The notes beneath the pieces are model-generated. The model ran no database searches. It saw nothing but the letters and a program-made list of their open reading frames with translations, and was not told the DNA's origin. Both the position numbers and the translations under genes were made by a program. A stretch of 64,000 bases of DNA from Owenia fusiformis (lineage: Eukaryota): contig CAIIXF020000001.1 of NCBI GenBank assembly GCA_903813345.2, positions 26,164,001-26,228,000 on the forward strand, in the 5' to 3' direction. Shown here piece by piece: positions 53,601 through 64,000 of the stretch. The number at the start of each line of letters is the position of its first letter. Position 1 is the stretch's first letter.

Positions 53601-56600
53601 TTTTTATGTCTCCATCACTATACTACACTGCTCTAAGATAAATGCCTCATCAGAATTCTATTCTCCTGTTTAATTACATTTAATGATTACCAGCTACATG
53701 CATTGTTATGTCACCACCAAAAAGTGGTGACATATTGTTATGGTCTCCATTTTTTGTGACAGTGGTTGGCAATTGGTGTTTTGTGGTTGGCGGTCGGCGA
53801 TTGGCGTCTGTAACAAATTCTTACAACTTCCAATAACTTAACAAATACTGTTTAAACTGACTTCAATGTTTTTCAAAATCATGTTCAAGTTTTCTGAAGT
53901 TCAAATCTGACTTAAAATTTAAGATTTGACTTTCAATGACCTTCTAAAGGTCAAAAAGTGTCAAAAAGGTTTCAACTTTCTTCACATTGACCAATTTTTT
54001 TTAAAAATCATTTTCAAGATCTCAGAATGTCAAATCTGACTTAAGATTGAACTAATAGGTGGATTTGGTGTCAAGACGTTTCACCCCCTGGACGTTTCAC
54101 CCCTAGACTGTTCACTCCTTAGACGTTTCACCCCCTAGACATTTCACCCCTTAGACGGTTCACCCCCTAGACATTTCACCCCCTGGACATTTCACCCCCT
54201 ATACATGTCTTAGGGGTGAAATGTCTAAGGGATGAAATGTCTAGGGGGTGAAACTTCTAGGGGTGAAACGTCTAGGGGATGAAATGTCTAAGGGATGAAA
54301 TGTCTAGGGGTGAAATGTCCAGGGGGTGAAATGTCTAAGGGGTGAAACATCCATGGGGTGAAACGTCCAGGGGTGAAACGTCTAGAAAGCGAACTAATAA
54401 TATTGTGAGCAACTAGGTAGTGACATTTTGTCATGTTAATGCCTTTTTTTGTGTGTGGCGATTCATTTTCAAATTACTATTTCAAAAATGAATTAGAATA
54501 CATTGGTAGAAAGTAAGTTATCAACCTGGTGGTGTTTTATAAAAGCCTGTCTTTTTATTTCACCACCACAGCATTTGATGTCTTATGGTCGGCATTCAGA
54601 GTTCGGCTGCATCTATAACAAATAACAGATGGTGACTTTTTGCATGTCAATGCCTTGTTAAAAAAAATTACATGCATTATCAAAACACCAACATAATATT
54701 TTAAACAAATTTTTCCTACTGTTAAAAAGAATGATCAAGTTTAAGTAGTAATTTTGCAACTTTTTTATAGTGTGCCTCTAACAGTAGGAGGTTTTATTTT
54801 TGCTTGAAATGTTTTGCCATGAATATCCTGAGGCTGTAAATAACATTTTTCTGGTGGAGTGCACATTGACATTGCATTCCTTTGAAAAGTGTGCCCTAAA
54901 GTTGAATTTAAACAATCTTTCAAATGATTATTCACACACCAAAAAAACTCTTGATTTCCTTTAGTCACATGCCAAGGAAGTGTGTAATTTTTATCGTTTT
55001 CACATTGGAAATTAGAAAACCTAGAGTGCACACATATTTTATTTGTTAAACATTATTGTTTGTTTTTAATAATCCTATCATTTCTAATGATAATGTTTAT
55101 TGGATTTTGAAAGGAAATTGTTTACGAGTTTGGTGCTTCAATTGCATGTAATGCAAACTTAAGAGCATGAATGATAATCTGATAAAGTCATAATCATGGT
55201 TCAAACTTCTATTTAATATTTCCAGTTATCTTGGTTATAAATTAATAACTTGTATTATTGTTTACTTTTACAGAATATGTTGTCCAGATTGGGGAGCTGG
55301 GACTTCAATATGTTCCATTTAGATAAGCTCACAAATGGTAAGATTCAAAATTTATGTACCATAAATCCTGTGTTTATTGAACATTTTTTGCCAAGAAAAA
55401 TGTTAAGCATCGGTAGGTGTTCACTTTAGAGAGGGTAATTTATACAGACGTCAATAGAGTATGTACAAAGGAATGGTGTCCACTAGAGGTTAGAAATTGG
55501 ATTAATTAATTGACATTAGGTCAATTCATTGAATTTCTCCAAAATTATTCCAATGTTGTTAATTTTATCTATTGAATGGAGTCTAGAAAAAAGTCTGTTT
55601 TATAGTGTTAAGGTTGTATTTGGTGATCTAAAAAATATAAACTTTTGTTTCTAAAATGATGGGAAATTCAAATATTTGAAAATTATGAGACAAATGACTT
55701 TTTTTTAGTCACTTTTTTCAAAAAATGTCTTAGATTCTTTTTCAGGTCATGAAAAGTAATATTTGAATAATGAGACTATACTTTTCATGGGGCCTTTATG
55801 TCCAATGCCAAGGTGATCTTTTTTAATGAACTTGAACTCCTGAAATACTAAGTGAATGTAAATTATTGAAAAGTCACTCTCAAGACCAGTTGAACTTCGA
55901 TCACAAAATATAAAACAAATTACGCACATTACCGGCAAATCTCCAATATTTGACTTTCAAACTTGAAGAATCACTTTTTAACACAAGGTTTTTATTTCGA
56001 TCAAACGTTACCTATTACCTTTAAAAACAACAGAGACATCTGTATTACTTTTTCAATATTCAATATTAATCCACATATGATTATTATGAAATTTGGGAGG
56101 TTTTCATAAAAGTACATTGCAACTGACATTCTAATTGGCTGCGATTAAATAATTTCTCCACTGAGATAATAGTTGTTATTGTAGGGAAAGTTAACCACAT
56201 ATTGCTTTGCATATTCACTGGTGATCCACTCGATTACGCTGGTTACCGAAACGGCTCATTACGGTAACAAAATGTCGGAACATCGAGGGTATATATTTGC
56301 GAACAAATTGTACAGAAGACAACAGAATTGTTGATTTAGTTCCTCACTTAAGTTACATAAATGGTATTTCGAAAAAATGTTAAGATGTGTTTTTGTGAGA
56401 AAAAATTTCGTGGGGATTCTGCCTACAAAGCGTGAAATAAGGGAAAAAGAAAAATCGTACCTCTGACGTTACGACATTTTGTTACCGAAACGAACCGTTT
56501 TTACGTCATTAGACATTCAAAATTTGGTCAACTTGATATCATATTTGAGGTCTACATGTAAAAGTATATCTAGAAATATGGTTTTTATTAATCATCTGAA

Positions 56601-59600
56601 ATTTTCTTTGAAAATTTGAATTCTATGTTGGATAGACTGTATATTCACCATATCACAAACTTTTTTTTGTGTTGGACTTTGTTGGAATACTTTCTTTTAT
56701 TGGATATATTTTCATTTGTATAATTATCAGACACAACTGCACAAGGGTTATATGAAAATTGATCTACTAAAACTAATGATTATTCAAGCTTAGGTAACTT
56801 TCTAATATCCTGCCATGTTATAAAGCTGTCATAATTTTACAATATTGTTAATTTTCCTCATAATGTGCATTGCCTATTTCTATGTCACCACTTTTTGGTG
56901 GTGACATAGAAATAGGCAATGCACATTATGAGGAAAATTATGGTCTCCATTTTTGTGGCGGCGGTTGGCAGTCAGCGGTTGGTGGTTGGCAGTTGGTGTC
57001 TGTAACAAATTCTTACAACTTCCAGTAACTTAACAAATACTGTTTAGACTAACTTCAATTTTTTCAAAATCAACTACAAGTTTTCAGAAGTTCAAATCTG
57101 ACTTAATATGTAAGATTTGACCTTCAATGGTCTTTTTAAGGTAAAAAAGGTCAAAAAGGTCTTTTTTCAACTTGCTTCAAATTGACCAAATTTTTTTCAG
57201 TATAATCTTCAAGTTATTAGAAGTTCAAATCTGACTTAAGATTTGAGATTTGACCTTCAATGACCTACTCAAGGTCAAAAAAGGTCATTTTTCAACTTGC
57301 TTCAAATTGACCTATTTTTTCAAAATCATCTACAAGTTCTCAGAAATTCAAATCTGACTTTAGCTTGAACTAATAATATTGTGAGCAACAAGGTGGTGAC
57401 ATTTTGTCATGTTGATGCCTTGTCTAAAACGTCCAACAGTTCTGATTCTGTTTCATGATAAGCCTGAAATAATTAAGGATATCTAGTAATAATTTTTAAA
57501 AACTGGACATTTTTAATTAATGAATTTTGAGATTTCTGCATCTTAAATCCCAGTAACTTCTGTATTGGATCAAATGTTTTTTTTCAGATAATGAAATAAT
57601 GAATGTGATTGAAACAATGTGGCATGATTTTTTTTAAGAATTACTTCAACATTATCCACTCCATTCTTTGCTATCACTAATTTTTGAAATGTAAAGTGCA
57701 GTAGAAGTAAAACTAACATCATTCACAGTATACCATTACCATTAGTCAACAAGTAATGCCACTAGTCAACACTTAATTCTATAGAAATACCACAAAATGA
57801 GAAGGCGCATCCAGTTATTGATTGTGTAGTAGACATTTTAGTATTGGCATTAAGTTTTTTTTACATATACACGTACGTGTAGAAATAAGTTCAAAGCACT
57901 TATATCTAAAAATGAAAGTTTACTTTACTCAAGTACTATTATAATATACCGTTTGCTATTCAGTTGAGATTATTGATGACCCAAGTTCTATATATTAACA
58001 CATGTCTTGGTGTGTATTAACACCATGGTCCTTTCAATTAGTTCAAAATGTTTGACAGGACAACTCTCAGAATATCCAGCTTGGGGGCATCCCAGAGTTC
58101 ATATATGATATATAATTGGTGATAGTGTCAAAGAACTCATCTTTTGATTACCAGTTTACCATTCAATAATAGTTACTAATAGATTTAAGGCAAAATGTTG
58201 ACTTTGACTGATTACTGTTTGGCATTCAGGATAAAAAAATCTATGAAGAAATTAAATGAATAATTTGTTGACAACTATAGCTACCTATTCGTGTTTGTGT
58301 CCTTGTATGGTGATTGGTTACACCTAGCATCTAGGAAATTTTATATTTTATCTTTCAAAATACATAAATTTTGTCTTTTCATCATCTATTGGTACACATG
58401 TATAAAGGAAACATCTGGATGTATTTCTTGAATTTCTGAGGATTGTTGGGAATGGTCTGAGTTACCAATCAAGTGCATCATGCCACCTATTGGTCAAAAA
58501 TGTACCATTAATATGTATTTTTATCTACCTGTATATTCCATCTACAAGTGTATGTATTTTTAAACACTGTATATTACATGGATCTTGTATAGTATAGTAT
58601 CTTGTACAGTCCAAGAGACTGGCATGATGGAGTCAATAAAACATATATAATGGTTATAATACACAGGCATTTCACAATAAAATAGAGAATCTCATGATGG
58701 GAACACCCCCAGGAACATCTTGCATGAATTACAATGATATCATTTTATAGTGAACAGTGGGAAAACAATCAATATTTTTGTTACAATTGAATTTTTTTTT
58801 TATTGCAGGTCAGTCACTGTATTATACAAGTCTGCAACTCTTTCAAGAATATGGACTCCTCAATGCCTTCAACATTGACATTATCAAGCTCATGAAATGT
58901 TTTTGTAAGTAGATTGTTCTTAATTAGTAAACAAGAAAATCTTTGAGTTCCAAGGTGAATTCTGGACCAGCTTAGCTATGACCATACCAAGGTTGTCTGT
59001 CTGAGCTAGGTTATTCATATTAGCCATTAAAATTTATTTTGAAATTTATTTTTGTTATTTCAAAATAAATCAAGATAATAAGACAATATATGATAAAGGA
59101 AGATTATTTTGTGTCTTGCGTTCTGCCTGAACCTAATTGTGCATGAGGTAATGTACAAACACTCACCAGGGGGAGACTTACAAACATGAGGTTCAAGGAC
59201 ATAAATATGATTTAGATATGTGCTTTATGGAAAGTATTGCTTTTTAGTGACTAAACTGTTTGCTTTTGTATTCTATTTGCCACATATGAGATAAGAAAAA
59301 TTCCAAAAATTGAAGTAAAAAGGAAAATATGGTAATGTGAAAGTCTAGACAAGTCAGTGTGAGTCTAGATATCTGGAGAAATAGTTTGATCACAGTCTTG
59401 ATTCGATACTTGAAATATTAAAGTTGTTTTAAAGAAAACATTTAAATCATATAAATTGCAATTGTCAGTATTTGTTTAGTAGTTATTTATTGAGCTTACA
59501 AATGTCAGATCTATGCCAAGGCTGAATTATTATTAGATGACTTGTTTCATTGTAAAAATCTTGAAACAAAGTCCTTATCTAGTTTCTCAAATAACCCACT

Positions 59601-62600
59601 TCCATTCAGATTATTTCACAATTTTGTCAAACCTTGAAGGAACTTCCTTATTGTCCTGTTTTAATTTGATCAAATCCCTGACCCATCTTATATTGATTAG
59701 GATTCTACAGGGTGGGTAGAATGGTTAGTAGTACATTTCTGTGCTAAGATCCTCATGATTATAGCAGAACTATGTGTGAATGAAATACCAATAGATAGAT
59801 GATCCAATTCCTCCTTAAAATTAAATGAAATGATTTTTTACTTTAGAACTAGGCATTTAACACAACATTTATGATGTTTGAAGTCTGGTTGTTAAGCAAA
59901 TTTTCTATGGTGCTTAGAAAATCATAAAATTAAAAAATGATGTGATGTATTATTTCATTGGAAATTAAATTACTTTTCCAATGGTATATCATTCATGCAT
60001 AGTTCTGCTATTATTAGGATATGATTAGGATATCCTGAATAAGAACTGTACTTCTTTTTTCTGACCTACCCTGTATATGTGCATACATATTAAAGTTATC
60101 ACTTGTTTCAAGGCAAAAGATTAAATCAACTTCCTCGAATAAGCAACTGAATAAATCATTGAGTATTATTTCAAACTTATTGTGAATATTGGAAACATGT
60201 CATTTTGCTCTACAAAATGAACATGGATGATCATCTGACATAGTTGCTCCATTATTGATATCAATTCATTGTTGCTTTTTCATGAATATTTCACTGGTCC
60301 TGCCTTTTCATAAATATTCTTTCATTTGTCCCCATACATTCTCAAAAGACACCATGAAAACGAAAGCATTTTTTCGATTTATTCAAAACAGGTTTTTTCC
60401 AACTGAGTAATATGAGGAATTACTACTCATAAGACATTTTGTATGACTTGAAAAGATTGGCAATTGGCGTGGGTATATATATATAGAGAAAATGATTCTT
60501 GTATCTTTCAGGTGTATTTAGATTCATTCTAAATGCTGTTATAATTGTTAAACTTCAATTAATTCGCAGTAGATTTCGATTGCTCCTTGACACTGGTGTT
60601 AGAGATAAGATTCTATGTGGCTTGAAGTACAATTCAATTTATCACTTGTTACAAGTGGAATTCACTACCTAAGTTTCATATCATCTCATCGAGTTAATTC
60701 AAATTTTTGCATGTATGTTAACTAGTGCTGCCATCTTTCAATGATGTACATAACTGAAATGGTAAATGTGTAATATTGTTCTTATTTTCTGAAATAGGGC
60801 AACAGTTCAGTGGTTTCTCATCCTTAATATATCAATATAACTCTGTGGAAGAGCATTTCTCCTGAAATGCAATGACCATAGTTTGATCCCTGGTTCATGG
60901 CAAAACTACTTTGGCTGTTGTGTTAAGTGATTAAAGGTGTTTCACAGAGATATCCACAGTTTGTGCAATTTGTATGTCCGTTTGTTACTTGCACATGGAA
61001 TAAGACAGGGCTCTTTGAGGAGAGATTTCTGTGTCTGTCCTTCTATGATTTTTGGAATCATTGTAGTAGCCTTCTATAAATTATTGTGAATCTTACAACT
61101 GCCTTGCAAAAATGATATACATTCATACATAAACCAGAATTGTAAAGTTCTGTGTGAACATACAATATCCCCAAACTAATTGTTATTCCAATCTTTATTG
61201 TAGCTTCGATTGAGACGGGTTACCATAGCAACCCATATCATAACTCTGTCCATGCGGCTGATGTTACTCAAGCTATGCATTGCTACCTCACTGAAGACAA
61301 GGTAAGAACCATTTATAGTGTATGAGAGACCATAAAGAGTGTACAAGGGACTGTAGTTGGGGAACTATAATAGATAGAGCGAAGCAACGTTTGATCCATT
61401 TAGATATGAGGGGATGGCCAGGACAGTGTTTATTATTGGTTGTTAGATGTTAAACTGTGACTTCTTAAAAATGTGCTTTGATATCCATGTAGGCTTTGTA
61501 GATGTAGATAGTGAAAGCAAATATATAATATAAATAAACCATACAAATACTTTGAAAAATTTTGAAACATATTTCCTTATCCAACCATCCAAGTTCCATT
61601 GTGCATGTAAAGTGTACTGCATCTGTATCTGAACTGTATATACTTAGCTGTATATGTGTCGTAGTCGACTGTTCACTTGACTCAAGACTATTAAACTGCT
61701 TTTCAATCAACAAATTAAAAATTATGATTCCAGGTAACCAGAATATATTGTATGCCATGTATAAGTGTGTACCATTGTTTTAGATGTGTTTTTACAGTCC
61801 ACTAGAGAAGATGGCAGCTCTAGTGGCAGCTATGACACATGATCTAGATCATCCATATATTATATGCCATGTATAAGTGTGTACCATTGTTTCAGATGTG
61901 TTCTTACAGTCCACTAGAGAAGATGACAGCTCTATTGGCAGCTATGACACATGATCTAGATCATCCATATATTATATGCCATGTATAAGTGTGTACCATT
62001 GTTTCAGATGCGTTCTTATAGTCCACTAGAGAAGATGACAGCTCTATTGGCAGCTATGACACATGATCTGAATCATCCATATATCATATGCCATGTATAA
62101 GTGTGTACCATTGTTTCAGATGTGTTCTTACAGTCCACTAGAGAAGATGACAGCTCTATTGGCAACTATGACACATGATCTGGATCATCCATATATTATA
62201 TGCCATGTATAAGTGTGTACCATTGTTTCAGATGTGTTCTTACAGTCCACTAGAAAAGATGACAGCTCTATTGGCAGCTATGACACATGATCTAGATCAT
62301 CCATATATTATATGCCATGTATAAGTGTGAACCATTGTTTCAGATGTGTTCTTACAGTCCACTAGAAAAGATGACAGCTCTATTGGCAGCTATGACACAT
62401 GATCTGGATCATCCATATATTATATGTCATGTATAAGTGTGTACCATTGTTTCAGATGTGTTCTTATAGTCCACTAGAGAAGATGACAGCTCTATTGGCA
62501 GCTATGACACATGATCTGGATCATCATATATTATATGCCATGTATAAGTGTGTACCATTGTTTCAGATGTGTTCTTACAGTCCACTAGAAAAGATGACAG

Positions 62601-63880
62601 CTCTATTGGCAGCTATTACACATGATCTGGATCATCCATATATTATATGCCATGTATAAGTGTGTACCATTGTTTCAGATGTGTTCTTACAGTCCACTAG
62701 AGAAGATGACAGCTCTATTGGCAGCTATGACACATGATCTGGATCATCCATATATTATATGCCATGTATAAGTGTGTACCATTGTTTCAGATGTGTTCTT
62801 ACAGTCCACTAGAGAAGATGACAGCTCTATTGGCAGCTATGACACATGATCTGGATCATCCATATATTATATGCCATGTATAAGTGTGTACCATTGTTTC
62901 AGATGTGTTCTTACAGTCCACTAGAGAAGATGACAGCTCTATTGGCAGCTATGACACATGATCTGGATCATCCATATATTATATGCCATGTATAAGTGTG
63001 TACCATTGTTTCAGATGTGTTCTTACAGTCCACTAGAGAAGATGACAGCTCTATTGGCAGCTATGACACATGATCTGGATCATCCATATATTATATGCCA
63101 TGTATAAGTGTGTACCATTGTTTCAGATGTGTTCTTACAGTCCACTAGAGAAGATGACAGCTCTATTGGCAGCTATGACACATGATCTGGATCATCCAGG
63201 TGTTAACCAATCATTCCTAATAGCCACCTCCAATCATCTGGCAGCTCTTTACAAGGTAGGGAACATTTTCCATAATACAGAACAGAGTATTTCATAATGA
63301 CCATCCCCCATCAACCACCAATCCTAAATAGATTGACGTGATGGGGGACAGCCATACGCCATGAAACACCCTGTAGTATGTACGTATATTACTTTAACTA
63401 TAGACAGAGTATATGGAATTTTGAACTTTATATACACGTATGTGGACTTCTTTGAAAACATGTTTGTGGTATAGTTGATAATTCAGTATATAATTCTTAC
63501 AAAAGTTGTTCACAATCCCACTTCTCTGATGGCTTTATCAAACACTAAATATATGCATGATGCATGCTACATCTATTCAAACATTAAGTCAATTTACAAG
63601 TAAAGGTTTCCATTGATTGGCTTCTTTGACAGATGATCTTTGAGGTCCAAACAAAATATAGTCTTGGAATGCATCAAGTTGGTAATATTACTTTGTTAAG
63701 TGCACAGCTATCTAAATCATTATTTGTTTTATATAATATATGTATTTCATGCATTGATTGTTGAATTATTTGATTCATTTTGTTTTAGAACCAGTCTGTG
63801 CTGGAGAATCACCATTGGCGTTCTGCTATTGCAGTGATACATGAGTCAGGGGTATTTGACCATCTTCAACCAGAACAATG
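35699..63880 (+). CDS. PDE7: cAMP-specific 3',5'-cyclic nucleotide phosphodiesterase, PDE7 family (spliced; 3' end beyond the window)
   Basis: Phase-consistent exons: 35699-35821 ([18 protein letters not shown]), 43406-43466 (RRGGISYD...IYVRMLG), 51704-51793, 53441-53586 (DGYNKQAK), 55274-55337 ([14 protein letters not shown]), 58809-58904, 61204-61301 ([20 protein letters not shown]), 63127-63255 ([15 protein letters not shown]), 63789-63880 ([11 protein letters not shown]). The twin RRG(A/G)IS motifs and catalytic motifs match what I recall of PDE7A. Confidence 0.95.
36780..37661 (-). mobile_element. LINE copy B (3' ~880 bp), inverted relative to copy A, in PDE7 intron 1
   Basis: Reverse complement of ~34733-35610. 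ORF 37046-37573 matches the C-terminus of copy A without the stop. Confidence 0.95.
37660..37864. mobile_element. MITE-like element with ~30-bp TIRs at the 5' break of LINE copy B
   Basis: TTATCGGCAGAACGAAGAGATTTT...AAAATCTCTTCGTTCTGCCGATAA. Confidence 0.75.
38041..39366 (-). mobile_element. LINE copy C (internally deleted, interrupted at ~38474-38856 by a TIR element)
   Basis: Matches the LINE tail/3' UTR (38041-38470) and ORF2 pieces (38857-39366). The insert is bounded by GGACGATT..GGTTTGGAGAAC/GTTCTCCAAACC..AATCGTCC and resembles sequence at ~31950-32550. Confidence 0.9.
42765..43257. mobile_element. Tc1/mariner-superfamily (pogo-like) non-autonomous element with TA TSD
   Basis: TA|CCGTATTATCTCTATTAAACGCACA...TGTGCGTTTAATAGAGATAATACGG|TA. 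Confidence 0.85.
45714..46545. mobile_element. TTAA-flanked non-autonomous DNA element (Kolobok-like AG...CT ends)
   Basis: TTAA|AGTCCCCGTCTAAAGTTTGAA...TTTAAACTTTATATGGGGCCT|TTAA. Confidence 0.65.
46896..47391 (+). CDS. Candidate alternative first coding exon of PDE7 encoding a 165-aa hydrophobic (TM-containing) N-terminus
   Basis: 496-nt stop-free frame from the ATG to a strong donor ATAG|GTAAGG in phase 1, which is the phase required by exon 51704 (G|GA = Gly-Asp-Val). Hydrophobic runs [16 protein letters not shown] and [18 protein letters not shown]. Confidence 0.6.
48096..48740. mobile_element. TTAA-flanked piggyBac-like non-autonomous element
   Basis: TTAA|CCTTT(ATT)AGCATGCT...AGCATGCTAAAGG|TTAA, with a CpG-rich interior unlike the flanks. 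Confidence 0.65.
52220..52880. repeat. ~38-43-bp degenerate minisatellite in PDE7 intron 3
   Basis: Unit TGCATGTCTTCTAAAAGAAGTACTTCATTAAATTAGAATGGGG, about 16 copies. Confidence 0.9.
53707..54449 (+). mobile_element. Helentron-associated (HINE/DINE-1-like) non-autonomous element; relatives at 56880-57423, 25890-26059, 13696-13808 and 54560-54659
   Basis: 5' hairpin TATGTCACCAC..GTGGTGACATA, a (GGTTGGC)n-like tract, internal ~120-bp repeats, and a 3' GTGACATTTTG.CATGTTAATGCCTT end, in T-rich sites. The family assignment rests on architecture only. Confidence 0.65.
54058..54390. mobile_element. Foldback MITE made of inverted arrays of a 15-17-bp unit, 9-bp TSD (MULE/foldback-like)
   Basis: (GAC(A/G)TTTCACCCCCTA)n followed by its reverse complement. 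GAACTAATA is duplicated at 54049-54057 and 54391-54399 and is single in the paralogous empty site at ~57367. Confidence 0.88.
56849..56940. repeat. Perfect inverted repeat, 43-bp arms, 6-nt loop
   Basis: TAATTTTCCTCATAATGTGCATTGCCTATTTCTATGTCACCAC-TTTTTG-GTGGTGACATAGAAATAGGCAATGCACATTATGAGGAAAATTA. Confidence 0.95.
61744..63198. repeat. 112-bp tandem array, 13 copies; unit = last 40 nt of the intron + first 72 nt of the PDE7 HD-motif exon
   Basis: AG|ATG junctions at 61784, 61896, 62008, 62120, 62232, 62344, 62456, 62567, 62679, 62791, 62903, 63015 and 63127. Only the last continues into GVNQSFLI and a donor. Confidence 0.97.
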
Positions 63881-64000
63881 GTATGCTTGCTATTTCTTCA
63901 AAGTAGAAATTTTGTATATTTAAACAAATAGTTTATGAGCACATTTAAAATGTCAAACCACCATCCATTTTCTCTGTTCTATAAAATTATGAAATCTTAG

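Noticed and set aside
61744-63198. CRISPR-like array or tandem coding exons
   Set aside because: There are no unique spacers and the context is eukaryotic. The units have no donor after the exon fragment and contain stops, so they are not independent exons.
1-64000. tRNA, rRNA or prokaryotic systems
   Set aside because: None were recognisable by eye; a covariance-model scan (Infernal or tRNAscan-SE) would be needed to exclude small ncRNAs.

Overview
AT-rich, intron-rich animal genomic DNA. The repeat families look invertebrate, but the species cannot be fixed from the sequence. I reconstructed two + strand spliced genes by hand from GT-AG boundaries and exon phase. (1) A receptor-type protein tyrosine phosphatase-like gene (~12.3-29.9 kb) with a very short ectodomain, one TM helix and tandem D1/D2 domains, both with degenerate catalytic motifs. 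It has a pair of mutually exclusive duplicated exons in D1 and four in-frame microexons in D2. (2) A PDE7-family cAMP phosphodiesterase gene starting at 35699 and running off the right edge. Its second intron holds a 165-codon, phase-compatible, hydrophobic candidate alternative first exon that would give a membrane-anchored PDE7. Both genes carry tandem arrays built from their own exon-intron junctions: 12 decoy acceptors before the PDE7 HD-motif exon and about 12 decoy donors after a PTP mutually exclusive exon. PDE7 exon 1 lies between inverted copies of a CR1/L2-like LINE. Many non-autonomous DNA elements, a foldback element with a 9-bp TSD and a clear template-switch palindrome are also present.
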